NCBI GenBank assembly: GCA_965202625.1
Contig: CBDBBI010000010.1
Location: 960,001-1,024,000 of the forward strand
Direction: 5' to 3'
Source: a bacterium
GTDB taxonomy: Bacteria > UBA8248
Length of the DNA: 64,000 bases
The notes below the pieces were generated by a model. It worked only from the letters and a program-made list of their open reading frames with translations, was not told the DNA's origin and made no database searches. A program made the translations under genes and the position numbers. Shown here in pieces: positions 10,201 through 20,207 of this stretch. Numbering within the stretch: position 1 is the stretch's first letter; each line of letters starts with the position of its first letter.

Positions 10201-10704
10201 TCGGCGACCTGCTTTGAACGACTTTTTCAACGCCCTTGCACGGCCGTTTTACGAGCCGTTTATGCCCCTAAAAACGGCGGACTTTCCAAGGTGTTTTGCC
10301 TCGGAAAATCCGTCGTTTTTCCAGGCCATTCGCAATTATTTTTGTTTGGCTACACCCATCCTCGTCTAACTTGGCGCAGCTCGCCCAAGCTTGGCATACG
10401 CGACCAAAATTGGTCATCAAACAAATAGTATAGCCATATCCGCTCCCGGAGCGAGTGTTCACGTGTCTTTGGCGTTCAGGCCAAATCAAGGAGCCTGAGC
10501 ACATCCGGAATACCGCTTTTGCATGAATGCGTCTGCGGGGGACCAACTACCGATTTACGGTCTTGGCTTTCAATAATGGTTATAAAGCGCATTCCGGACA
10601 AAAAATTGAAGATGGCGCGAGGGCAACCCTATCCGTCCGCCCATATTCTGCGCAAGTCTTCGACGACGCGGACGTCAAACATATCGCCGGGACGCTCAAA
10701 ATCC

Positions 10705-12228
10705 CTAACAACCGTACGCCTTCCCCTCTTGGGGGGAGAGGCGCGCCCATTCCATCGCTAGTTCCACCAATATTCGTACGCCCACGCCGGTGCCGCCGGC
10801 GGGCCGATAGGGCTCCTCGGATGAGACGTGGGCGGGACCCGCGATGTCAAGGTGCGCCCAAGGCGTCCCCTCGGCAAAATGTTGCAAGAACGCCGCCGCC
10901 GTGTTCGCCCCCCCCCAGCGCGCGCCTGAGATGTTGCACATATCGGCGATCTTCCCCTTCATCATCTCACCGAACTCCGGAAACAGGGGCATATGCCAAA
11001 CGCGGTCGCCCGTGCGCTCGCCCAGCGCACGCACCCTGCTGAGGAGCTCGTCGTGCGTGCCATACATGCCGGTTATCCTGCTGCCCAGCGCCACCATGCA
11101 GGCCCCAGTGAGGGTGGCGAGATCTATGATGCACTGCGGGTCGTAACGCGAGATTGTGAAGTGTAGGGCGTCGGCCAGCACCAATCGGCCCTCGGCGTCG
11201 GTGTTGTGTATCTCCACAGTGGTTCCCTTCATGGAGCGAACGACGTCGCCGGGCCGCGTCGCATCGCCGTCCACCATGTTCTCCGCTAGGCCCGCCACAC
11301 CGACGACGGGCACTTTGGGCTTGAGGCGGGCGATGGAGAGCATGACCCCCAGCACGGCAGCGGCCCCGCTCATGTCGGTCGTCATGAGCTCCATTCCGCC
11401 GCTCGGCTTGATGGAGACGCCGCCCGTGTCGAACGTCACGCCCTTGCCGACGAAAGCAATGGGTTTGGCTTTTGCCCCGGAAGGGCGGTATTCGAGGACG
11501 ACCATTCGAGGGGGCTGGGAGCTGCCTCGGCCCACCGCCAGAATTGCGCCCATCTTCAGCCTTTCGAGTTGCTTCTCATCCAGTATCCGACACCTGAGGC
11601 CCTCGCGGCGCGCCATCGCGCGCGCGGCGTTCGCTAGCGCGGGGGGCCTTTTCTCGTTGCTGGGGGTGTTGACGAGATCTCGGGCGTAATTCGCCCCCTC
11701 GCAGAGAATTCGCCCATACCGCGCTCCACGCCGCATCGCGCTCAAGTTCGCGTTCGGGCCGCCGCAAAGGAAAACGCGCGAGACGTCCGCCAGCTCATCC
11801 TTTTTAGAAGTCTTGTACCTCTCCATCCGATAGAGGGCGAGGGATACGCCCTCCACCATCGCCTGGGTCGCCCCCCGAGGGTCGAGACTTTCACCAAAAA
11901 CGGACGCGGCCGCGAGCGCAATTGTATTCAAGCCTTCCTTTCGCGCGCGCTTGACCGCCAGAGCACAAGCGCGCCGAACCGATTCCAGCGAGGTCTCCTC
12001 TCCCAGACCAGCGAGAATAAGGAACGCAGGGCCTCCCTCGGGCATCGGCAGAAAAGCGACCTCTTCTTTTTTCCCGTCAAAAACATTGCGCGCCCGCAAG
12101 GAGGCCAAAGCGCCACCCAGTAGCTCGTCGAGCCGCTCATCTTTCTCGCCTTGCGCCATCAGGCGAATCAAGGCGTCGGCCCGCTGGTCAAAACCATCGC
12201 CGGCCACAACGGAGAACCGCATATTCAT
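10705..12228 (-). CDS. pepA: Leucyl aminopeptidase (M17)
   Basis: VGKGVTFDTGG.SIK, DMSGAA, NTDAEGRLVLAD, DLATLTGA, WAHLDIAG. Confidence 0.95.
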   Translation of the reverse strand: MNMRFSVVAGDGFDQRADALIRLMAQGEKDERLDELLGGALASLRARNVFDGKKEEVAFLPMPEGGPAFLILAGLGEETSLESVRRACALAVKRARKEGLNTIALAAASVFGESLDPRGATQAMVEGVSLALYRMERYKTSKKDELADVSRVFLCGGPNANLSAMRRGARYGRILCEGANYARDLVNTPSNEKRPPALANAARAMARREGLRCRILDEKQLERLKMGAILAVGRGSSQPPRMVVLEYRPSGAKAKPIAFVGKGVTFDTGGVSIKPSGGMELMTTDMSGAAAVLGVMLSIARLKPKVPVVGVAGLAENMVDGDATRPGDVVRSMKGTTVEIHNTDAEGRLVLADALHFTISRYDPQCIIDLATLTGACMVALGSRITGMYGTHDELLSRVRALGERTGDRVWHMPLFPEFGEMMKGKIADMCNISGARWGGANTAAAFLQHFAEGTPWAHLDIAGPAHVSSEEPYRPAGGTGVGVRILVELAMEWARLSPQEGKAYGC

Positions 12229-12491
12229 CTCCCTTTAGAATCAAAACGATAAATCGCATGGAGTATATACCGCTCCGACATAGACGACCAGACGGTCCGA
12301 GGCACAAAACTCCCAAAACTCCTTTTTGCGCAGGATGAGTCGCTCACGGGGGCTACGAATTTGTCTTTCCACCCTTCCATCCCTAAAATAAGTCATCCTC
12401 GCCTTGTATTCGCATGATGCGCGAGGCGACGGAATTTCCAGGGTTTCCGATTTCAGGGTCGATCATCTCTCTCCGCGCAAAGGAACACGCT

Positions 12492-12926
12492 ATGAGCTTC
12501 TATAACTGGGACATGCTTCCGTTGAGTCACGATCGCCCGGGCGTCGCGCACAGAAGGATTTTTGGAGACAACGTCCAGATGCAACACCTCATCACCGAGC
12601 CCGGCGGGGAGCCGTCGAAGCTGCACAACCATCCCGAGCATGAGGAATTCTTCTACATCCAGGCGGGAGAGTGGGAATTCACCCTCGAGGACGAAGTGCG
12701 GCGAATCGGGCCGGGCGACGTAGTGCACGTCAAGGCGGGCGCGATGCACACCTTAAGGCTCCTGAGCGACGAGCCAGGAATGGCACTTGAGGTGTTTTAT
12801 CCGATGTGGAACCCCGAACTCGCCGGAAACAAGGAGGAGTTCACGATAGACGCCATCAAAAACCGCATGGAGTTCGCCGAGGAACCCGACGAGATGAACA
12901 GGGGACGCCCACCCCACGGCGAATGA
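12492..12926 (+). CDS. Cupin domain protein
   Basis: HNHPEHEEFFYI and GDVVHV..GAMH cupin motifs; AAGGA SD before MSFYNW. Confidence 0.85.
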   Translation: MSFYNWDMLPLSHDRPGVAHRRIFGDNVQMQHLITEPGGEPSKLHNHPEHEEFFYIQAGEWEFTLEDEVRRIGPGDVVHVKAGAMHTLRLLSDEPGMALEVFYPMWNPELAGNKEEFTIDAIKNRMEFAEEPDEMNRGRPPHGE

Positions 12927-13011
12927 ATGATGCAGCGTGCTTCACTCGTTAAAACGGTGCCTCGTCGCTCGTCCGAAAGCAGACTTTTAGAAACCCTATT
13001 GCGAGAAAAAC

Positions 13012-13055
13012 AAAAAAAACGGGCGACGCCCAAAGACGCCGCCCGTTTTTTTTTT
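13012..13055 (-). terminator. Intrinsic terminator, probably bidirectional (best fold on - strand)
   Basis: - strand CGGGCGGCGTC-TTTG-GGCGTCGCCCG followed by T8; T10 tract on the other side. Confidence 0.85.
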
Positions 13056-13105
13056 CAAATGCCCTCAATGCGCCATGTCAGAGTGAGGACACATCAAGGA
13101 CCATT

Positions 13106-13201
13106 TTAAGGATTTTTCAAGACCCTCTTTCGGGATTGAGCCGTTTTCAGAACCTGCCGACGAGAGGTTTTGGGGGCGAAAACTATCACTCTCCTTGCCA
13201 T
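13106..13201 (-). CDS. Small basic protein, 31 aa (MARRVIVFAPKTSRRQVLKTAQSRKRVLKNP), not in the ORF track
   Basis: AGGAGG SD 8 nt before ATG; own promoter upstream and terminator downstream. Confidence 0.6.
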   Translation of the reverse strand: MARRVIVFAPKTSRRQVLKTAQSRKRVLKNP

Positions 13202-13231
13202 ATGACATCCCTCCTATATTGTCCTATGCTA

Positions 13232-13260
13232 ATTGTAGGGAAGGTTTGGGCTCGTGTCAA
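13232..13260 (-). promoter_or_regulatory. Sigma70-type promoter TTGACA-N17-TACAAT with AT-rich upstream region
   Basis: Perfect -35, optimal spacing and 5/6 -10 match, read directly on the - strand. Confidence 0.8.
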
Positions 13261-13380
13261 GAACTTTTATCGGCGAAAATATAATATGAAAATATGGACG
13301 CTCCATATCTGAACCTTGGGTTCAAGCACCTTCCTGTTTCGCATTCCGGAGTTGGTCCGGGCCTCCGACCCGAGGCGATC

Positions 13381-14172
13381 TTATGCGCGCTTGGTCGCCA
13401 CAAGGATGACGCTACGCCCCAACAGGAGCTTCCAGGTCCCAAGCATTCGTTCAACCGTGCCGGTTTTTCCGTTGATTCCCCTGAACCACATGGGCAGGCC
13501 CAAAGGCAGGAGGAGCCAGCTCTTGGTCTTGATCATAGTGATCTCAACCCTGTCGAGAGAGAACCCGAAGCGATTCAAGTAAAAAGCAAGCGTGGGAAGA
13601 TAGGGAACCGTGATGTGCCAAGACGCCATCCCCCCCGAATCCGGCTTCAAGGCTTTCCGGGTTAAAGTCTTGAAGCCCCCAAATTGCCCCCCATGAAGTA
13701 AAACAGACGGGATTGAATGTTGTTGACGTTGGGCGTGGAAAACACGAGCCGCCCTTTCGGCCGAAGGATGCGAGCGAACTCTTGACACAGACCGCCGGAG
13801 TCCTGCACCATAGAGACGATGACGGCGGCCGGCTTTGGCAAACACATGCGCCACCCTCTTGAAATCCACCTCCTCTGGCAGTCGCTCGAAAGAGAACCCA
13901 GCATTTTTGAGCGCCTGGCGAACCGAGTCGGCATCGATAAGATGTCACATCACCGCTCTACCAATCCTCTAGCGGGTAGCGGGTCAAGGATTCCAAGGAA
14001 TTTGCCAAAACCACGCCCTCCGAGCAGGAGACCATCTCTGAATACAAATCGCCCCGAGCGCACACGTCCGAAATGTCGAAGGAAGTCCGGTCGATCTCGC
14101 CAATCCCCACGCTGCGCGCAGGGGGGAGCGGCGGTTCGAGAGACTCATCGAGCGCGTAGTGTCCGTGCTCAC
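13381..14172 (-). pseudogene. Frameshifted class I SAM-dependent methyltransferase
   Basis: EFARILRPKGRLVFSTPNVNNIQSRLFYF segment continues in another frame to WHI...GF...VILVATK; N-terminal half degraded, so the 5' limit is approximate. Confidence 0.6.
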
Positions 14173-14532
14173 TACCCTTCTTGCCGCGCGCGGTCGCTTC
14201 GTTAATACGATCCGACGTCAGCAGCGGGCACTTCACCTGCACGCCCACGTTATCAAGCGAATGGGCACCGGCACACGCTTGAGGACGTCGCGTGTCTCGT
14301 TCTGGTGAGAGGATTGGCGTTCTTGATTGCGAATCAAAACGGCATGGGAAAACCTCCGGTTGGGACATCCTGTAGAATACGATAAATGTAATGATTTGAA
14401 CATCCAGGGAAACGCGTGGAGACACTTCCACGGCGGCTTTAGCACAACCGCCGGAGAGGAAAGCAGAATCGACGCGAATGCATCCAGCTTCAAAACCCAA
14501 CGGACGAGGGGCACCTCCCCTCTCCGCGCGTC

Positions 14533-14570
14533 TTGTCAGGTAGAACGAGAACGTTTAACTTGAGAGTTAA
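14533..14570 (+). promoter_or_regulatory. Putative promoter TTGTCA-N17-TAACTT overlapped by inverted repeat TTAACT-tgag-AGTTAA (operator-like)
   Basis: Perfect 6-4-6 palindrome at 14555-14570 covering the -10 and start region, upstream of the VOC gene. Confidence 0.4.
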
Positions 14571-14600
14571 CCTGGCAACCTGAGGCGAGGAGAGAGACTG

Positions 14601-14996
14601 ATGTCCAAGATCAAATTCCTGCAGCATTTCAGCATTTATTGCCGTGATCTGTCGGCCATGCGCAAATTCTACAACGAGATTCTGGAACTGCCCGAAATGC
14701 CCCGCCCCCGCTTCCCGTTTCCGGGCTATTGGTTCGAAGCGGGAGAGGGTCATCAGATCCACCTCGCCAAGGTGAGTGACACACACATCGCCCATTCCAT
14801 CAGCGATAACGAGAATGGATACATGGACCATCACTTTGGAATGGTGACGGAAGATTTGGGCGGAATGAAGGAGCGGCTCAGAGCGCACGGCGTCGAATTC
14901 CACGACGAGCCCTACGGATATCCGCAAATTTTTTTCAGGGATCCGGAGAACAACCTCATTGAGGTCGCGTCCACGGAGATGTTCGAGATGGAGTAA
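14601..14996 (+). CDS. VOC/glyoxalase family protein
   Basis: LQHFSIYCRDL..MRKFY..ILEL, QIHL, HHFG, FFRDPENNLIE. Confidence 0.9.
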   Translation: MSKIKFLQHFSIYCRDLSAMRKFYNEILELPEMPRPRFPFPGYWFEAGEGHQIHLAKVSDTHIAHSISDNENGYMDHHFGMVTEDLGGMKERLRAHGVEFHDEPYGYPQIFFRDPENNLIEVASTEMFEME

Positions 14997-15284
14997 CGCC
15001 GGCGACCTGATGAGTCGGCGAGATCAAGGCGCCCCCTACAAGACAGGGGGGAGCGAGACTCGCTTTGAGAGGATGAGGTCGCAGAGGGGGCCAAAGCACG
15101 CGACCGTCTGAGGCGACAAGGGGCCTCTATTCCAAACGGAGCGAAACCTCGTTCTTCCCTTTCGTCCACCCGCGCGGGGTGGACGCTCGTTTCGCGGTCC
15201 GCTTCACTCTATCGGGGCGGCAGGTTCATGGAGGCGGCGCGAGGAGGAGGACGCTCTCCGGCCCGCCTCATGGAGGCGCACGAC

Positions 15285-15707
15285 ATGTCATTTCAAAAGT
15301 TTCGCACCACGCGAGTCACGGCTGCGACTGGCAGCTACTCCCAAGGCGTTTTTGCCGGAAACACGCTCTATCTCGCCGGCCAGACTGGTGAGGGACTCGA
15401 CGGCAGTCCGCCGACGCCGGGCGACGCTGCGGCCCAAACACGCCGGGCGTGCGAGAACATTCGCCAACTTCTAAATGAAGCCGGCGGCGACCTCTCCCAC
15501 GTCGTGAAGCTCACGAACTACATCACCGACAGGGCGTACCGAAAACCCGTCTATGAGGTGATCGCGGAATACTTCGGGCCCTATGCACCGGCGAGCACGG
15601 GCGTGATCGTGGACGGCCTAGCGTCAGAAGATTTCCTCGTGGAGATCGACGCCACGGCCCACATCCCTCTAAACGCGGGCGTAACCCAAGAAGAAGCGCA
15701 AAGCTGA
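15285..15707 (+). CDS. RidA/YjgF family protein
   Basis: YSQG, LYLAGQTG, VVKLTNY, PAST, LVEIDA; GGAGG SD. Confidence 0.88.
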   Translation: MSFQKFRTTRVTAATGSYSQGVFAGNTLYLAGQTGEGLDGSPPTPGDAAAQTRRACENIRQLLNEAGGDLSHVVKLTNYITDRAYRKPVYEVIAEYFGPYAPASTGVIVDGLASEDFLVEIDATAHIPLNAGVTQEEAQS

Positions 15708-15911
15708 AGCATTTCGATGGGCCCGCGGAGCCTCTGCGCGCAGTTTTGAGAGAACGTTGGGCATCGCGGCAGCACCATCCATCTGAAGACTGAAAGATGA
15801 AACGAGCAAACGCGCGTTGAGCGAGGTGCCGCAAATGAGGCACAATCGCGACACACTTCGATTTGCGCACGAAACGGGCGATGAGGCTTCATCCTTGAGA
15901 GGAGACGGATC

Positions 15912-17498
15912 ATGGCGGAATCTTTCGATGGATTGTTCATAGGCGGCGGGCACAACAGCCTGGTATGCGCGGCCTATATGGCAAAAGCAGGAAAAAAGGT
16001 CGCCGTCCTGGAACGCTCCGCCGTCGCCGGCGGGGGCTGCTCGACCCACGAGGTCACCCTTCCGGGGTTCAAACACAACCTTCATTCGAACTATTACGTG
16101 GGTCTGGACAGGAGCCCCATCCTTCGTGATCTCGCACTCCACGAATACGGCTTCAGCCTCGTCTTTCCGGAGTTTCAGCAAGGCTGCATATTCCGTGACG
16201 GGACAGCGTTCGTCATCCATCGTGACGTGGAGAAGACCGCCAAGTCGATCGAGCGCATCAACAGAAACGACGCGCAAACCTATAGGGACCTCCACGTCAA
16301 ATTCACTGAGGGGATGCTCGACGTCATCACCTCCTTCATGTATTGCGCTCCCCTACCGCCAGAGGAGATGAAGGCGCGTTTCTCGGGTCCACTGGGCCGT
16401 GAATTCCTGAGATATGCGGACTTGAGCATGTACGAGGCGGTGGACCAGCATTTCGAGGACGACAAGTTGCGCGTTCTGTTCAAACTCTTCCTCGGCTCCT
16501 TCACGCTCGAAAACACGCCCTCGACCGGCATATTCTTCCCGAGAATTTTCTCGCGCATCGCCAATTTCGCTCTGCCCGTGGGCGGGTCAGTGAACTTTAC
16601 CCGCGCCCTTGAGCGGGTCGTCGTGCGCGGCGGGGGCAAGGTGCTGACCAACGCCGACGTCCGCGAGATCACGGTGGAAAGTGGAGACGCAACGGGCGTC
16701 GTGTTGGAGAACGGCACCCGAATCGAAGCGACGGAGTTCGTAGCGAGTGGGGTCAACTGGCCGCTCACGGTGCGCATGGCCGGAGAGGATCACTTCGGGG
16801 GAAGACTGTCCAAGGCGGCACTGGAGTTTCAGTGGGCGAGTCACGGGCTTTGCACCATCCATCTCGCCCTGAGGGAAGCCCCCGACTTCGTGGCGGCGAA
16901 GCACGAGCCCGACATCAACAAGACGTTCAACATCTTCTGGGGCGCAGACTCTACGGAGGAGATCAACAAGTGTTTCGAGACGATACACGAGGGCGAATTG
17001 CCCCGGCTCATGGGCAACGGGGGAAGCAACAGCCACTTCGACCCGACCTACTCGCCCGAGGGCACCCACGTGGGCTACTGGTGGCCATTTGCTCCCTATG
17101 AGTTCAAGGACGGCGGGGCCGCGGCGTGGGACGCGAGGCGCGAGGAATACACCCAGCTCTTCATCGACTCCTGGACGCCCTACGCGCCTAACGTCAACCA
17201 GGACAACATCATGGGCAGCTATCTTTACACGCCGCTCGACATCGTGCGCACGAATCCGAACTTCGTGCGCGCGAGCCACCATGTGGGCGCCTACATCCCC
17301 GAGCAGCTGGGTTACAACCGCCCACACCCGGAGGTGAGCGACTTTAGAACCCCCATTGGAAAGTTGTATCTATGCGGTTCGAGCTCCCATGTGGGCGGCG
17401 CGGTGACAGGGGCGCCCGGCTATAACTGCGCGAACGCGATCGCCGAGGATTTGGGAGTTGAGCGCTTCTGGGCGCCTGTCGAGGCCATGGTGGCCTGA
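15912..17498 (+). CDS. Phytoene desaturase-family FAD oxidoreductase
   Basis: IGGGHNSL.CAAY, LER...GG...E..PGF.H, LYLCGSSSHVGGAVTGAPGYNCA. Confidence 0.88.
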   Translation: MAESFDGLFIGGGHNSLVCAAYMAKAGKKVAVLERSAVAGGGCSTHEVTLPGFKHNLHSNYYVGLDRSPILRDLALHEYGFSLVFPEFQQGCIFRDGTAFVIHRDVEKTAKSIERINRNDAQTYRDLHVKFTEGMLDVITSFMYCAPLPPEEMKARFSGPLGREFLRYADLSMYEAVDQHFEDDKLRVLFKLFLGSFTLENTPSTGIFFPRIFSRIANFALPVGGSVNFTRALERVVVRGGGKVLTNADVREITVESGDATGVVLENGTRIEATEFVASGVNWPLTVRMAGEDHFGGRLSKAALEFQWASHGLCTIHLALREAPDFVAAKHEPDINKTFNIFWGADSTEEINKCFETIHEGELPRLMGNGGSNSHFDPTYSPEGTHVGYWWPFAPYEFKDGGAAAWDARREEYTQLFIDSWTPYAPNVNQDNIMGSYLYTPLDIVRTNPNFVRASHHVGAYIPEQLGYNRPHPEVSDFRTPIGKLYLCGSSSHVGGAVTGAPGYNCANAIAEDLGVERFWAPVEAMVA

Positions 17499-17542
17499 GA
17501 AGCAAATCTGATTTTCGATTCACAGGGGAAGGATAAAATTTC

Positions 17543-18256
17543 ATGGAATTGATTGACCTCTCACAAACGGTGGCGGCCGGCGGATTCGAGCGCCCGTTTC
17601 ACCCCAAGGTGGCGATTGAGCCGATGATGACGCATGAGGAATCCTCCCGGAAATTTTTGGGGAAATTCTCCTTTGCGGCCATGCAGCTCACGCTCTCGGA
17701 TCACACCGGAAGCCACGTGGATGCCTTGAACCACTATGTGCCCGGAGACGCTCCCTCCATTGACCAGCTGCCCCTGGAGCGCTTCTACTCCAGCGCGATT
17801 TGCGTGGACTTCTCAAACACTGCTCCGAGAACCTACATTGAGGTGGAAGCCATCGAGCGCGAACTCGAAAGGCACGGGCTTTCCATCGAGAAGGGAGACG
17901 CCTTTTTATACCACACGGGCCATTACGAGAGATGCTATGCGGACCCGGACCCGCAGAGATGGTGGACCGAATTTGCAGGACTGAGCCGGCCCGCTACGGA
18001 GTATCTCGCCGATCGGGGGGTGCGCAACATCGGCTGTGAGGCGTTCACGATAGAAAACCCCACGCAGATGTTTCCGGAATCGGAGGAGCCTTACCCCTCG
18101 CATCAGGTGTGCAAGGAGCGCGGGATGCTCAACACGGAGAATCTGGTGATCCCCAAGCGGCTGGTGGGCAGACGCTTCACGTTTCTGTGCCTTCCCATCA
18201 AACTGAAAGACGCCACAGGATCGCCGGTGCGCGCCGTGGCCGTGCTGGACGACTGA
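17543..18256 (+). CDS. Cyclase family (kynurenine formamidase-like) metallohydrolase
   Basis: HTGSHVDA..H motif, ENL, DATGSPVRAVA. Confidence 0.9.
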   Translation: MELIDLSQTVAAGGFERPFHPKVAIEPMMTHEESSRKFLGKFSFAAMQLTLSDHTGSHVDALNHYVPGDAPSIDQLPLERFYSSAICVDFSNTAPRTYIEVEAIERELERHGLSIEKGDAFLYHTGHYERCYADPDPQRWWTEFAGLSRPATEYLADRGVRNIGCEAFTIENPTQMFPESEEPYPSHQVCKERGMLNTENLVIPKRLVGRRFTFLCLPIKLKDATGSPVRAVAVLDD

Positions 18257-18257
18257 T

Positions 18258-19148
18258 CTATAGCCCGAAGCCGAAGAGCACGTTCGCGTTTTCAAAAGAT
18301 GCCCTTTGAATCTCGGCTTCGGCTGCGCCGCCTCGGCGCATGGCGCGAATCGCCCGCGGAATGGCGTAGACGTCATTTGACATGTAAGAAGCGAGGCCGG
18401 AGCTGAGCATGATGCGCTCCGCGCCATAACGCTTCACCCAATCGACGACCGCGGTCGGGGAGGGCGTCTGGTGCCAACTCCCGATGCTCGCCGCGCACCA
18501 GGCTCCCGTTTCAGCGTGGACGAAATCAACTATCGTCTCATCCACATGGTTGATGACGAGAAGGGCGTGATCGAGTCCCGCGCGATCGATAACCTCCAGA
18601 CCCATCTCCAGGTAATGGTGCTTGAATTCCTTGAGCGGGACCGTCCCTTGCGTCTCCACGCCGCCCAGAAATTCCCTCGGGTTCTTGCAGACGGGCGTAT
18701 GAAGTATCAAGGGCTTTTTCACCTCCGCTGCAATGCGCGCCTGCGCCTCGAGGCATCTGGCCTGCTCCTCCAGCGGCCAGGAGAGGCCGAAATGTTGACC
18801 GGGGTCCATCCCCACCTCCCCTAGGGCGACCACTCTTTCGTTCTCCAAATATCGAGGAAGCGCGTCGAGGAGCCTCTCCCAACCCTCCACCCGCGTCGTC
18901 GAGCTGACGCCCACCGCGCACTTGGCGCGAACGTGGTGCTTGGCCTCCGCGGCTTCGGCCATCCGAAGGGGGCTGTCCCAGAGTCTCCTTACGTCCTCGG
19001 GGCCCGGTGCTCGCCTCCATATCTCACGGTGGACGTAGGGGTTTCCGCAAGAGAGAACAGCACCCTCCATCCCGCACATGCCCAAGAGTTCCCAGGCGTC
19101 AAAACTGAATCCTTGGAGGTGATTGTGGGCGTCGATGAACCGATCCAT
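18258..19148 (-). CDS. TatD-related metal-dependent hydrolase
   Basis: IDAHNH, ALGEVG, LILHTP, INH, ENA..LF. Confidence 0.8.
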   Translation of the reverse strand: MDRFIDAHNHLQGFSFDAWELLGMCGMEGAVLSCGNPYVHREIWRRAPGPEDVRRLWDSPLRMAEAAEAKHHVRAKCAVGVSSTTRVEGWERLLDALPRYLENERVVALGEVGMDPGQHFGLSWPLEEQARCLEAQARIAAEVKKPLILHTPVCKNPREFLGGVETQGTVPLKEFKHHYLEMGLEVIDRAGLDHALLVINHVDETIVDFVHAETGAWCAASIGSWHQTPSPTAVVDWVKRYGAERIMLSSGLASYMSNDVYAIPRAIRAMRRGGAAEAEIQRASFENANVLFGFGL

Positions 19149-19940
19149 TTACGCCTCGGGCTTTCTGAGGAGAAACACATAGCGGTTGAGGCTGAAAAAA
19201 TACGCGCCGCGCTCGCCCATTGCCATCAAATCCCCCGCCCAGGCCTTCGCCTCCGCTTTCGCCACGCCGCCCTTGGCGATCACAAAAGGTACGATGACGC
19301 TCACCATGCCGTGGCTGTAGTTGTCCGCGGGGTAATCCGTGTTTAGAAGGGGCAGAATCCGTTGTGCGAGAATTTCAAAACCCGCATGGCGCAAAAGGGG
19401 CGGCAACTTTCTGGGCAGGTGGGGGTCCGCCAGATGCGCGTCCCACGCCCGCAGGATTCTCGCCGCTCGCGCAGCGTCCTGGGCGTTCCATATAAGCGAA
19501 CCCCAATCGGTATCCATGATGAGAGCGCGGCCACCGGGCCTCAGCACGCGGGCAAACTCCGACAGAGCGGCCTCCACTTCGGGGACGTATTCGAAGACCT
19601 GCGAGACGATGGCCGCGTCAAAATGGCCATCCGCGAAAGGCAGGCTCTCCGCGTCGCCCTCCTGAAACGATACGTGCTGCTGCGATTCACAGCGCGCCTT
19701 GGCTAACTCGAGCATGGGCGCGCTCTTGTCTACACCGAAAACGGCGCCCGACTCCCCCACCATCTTCCCCGCTTCGAGCGTTATAAAGCCGGGGCCAGAA
19801 CCCAAGTCGAGCACGCGCTCCCCTCGGCGAGGAGCCAGCATCTTCAACAGGGCGTCGCGTTGCGAGACCACGTCCAGCGTGGTGTAGACGGCCTCCACGC
19901 GCTTGGCCACCTTCTCGTCAAAACCAGGAGGCTGATTCAT
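19149..19940 (-). CDS. Class I SAM-dependent methyltransferase (UbiE-like)
   Basis: VLDLGSGPG, GDAESLPF.DGHFD, RVLRPGGR. Confidence 0.9.
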   Translation of the reverse strand: MNQPPGFDEKVAKRVEAVYTTLDVVSQRDALLKMLAPRRGERVLDLGSGPGFITLEAGKMVGESGAVFGVDKSAPMLELAKARCESQQHVSFQEGDAESLPFADGHFDAAIVSQVFEYVPEVEAALSEFARVLRPGGRALIMDTDWGSLIWNAQDAARAARILRAWDAHLADPHLPRKLPPLLRHAGFEILAQRILPLLNTDYPADNYSHGMVSVIVPFVIAKGGVAKAEAKAWAGDLMAMGERGAYFFSLNRYVFLLRKPEA

Positions 19941-20207
19941 GAACCGCTCTTGTTGTAATGGCACGGCGAATAAAAGGCGCAGTGTCCTCGCCCGGAAAAG
20001 GGAAAGTCAAGCCCTTCGAGGCGCGCTCGCCCTCCTCGCATCGTTTTTCTTCTCCGGCGTCTTGAATAAAAAATGAAGAAAAAACCGAGGGCCGCGCCGG
20101 GCCTTTTCAGGTCGCACCCACCGCCCGGCATTGACGGGCACTTTCCCCCGAATCTATAAAACCGATCAAAAGTGCTTTGGGGATTTCCTACCACCCCGGA
20201 ATTTGCC

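Noticed and set aside
12924-13109. Read-through from the cupin TGA into an in-frame 60-aa ORF
   Set aside because: The cupin domain is complete and the extension runs through the terminator
14550-14570. SoxR box
   Set aside because: Only a half-site resemblance (TTAACTTGAG), and it is not in a 19-bp spacer; kept only as a generic palindrome
15000-15175. CTGATGAG...CGAAAC...GTC hammerhead-like core (also CTGAAGA...GAAAC near 15783)
   Set aside because: Stems I-III could not be paired around the core
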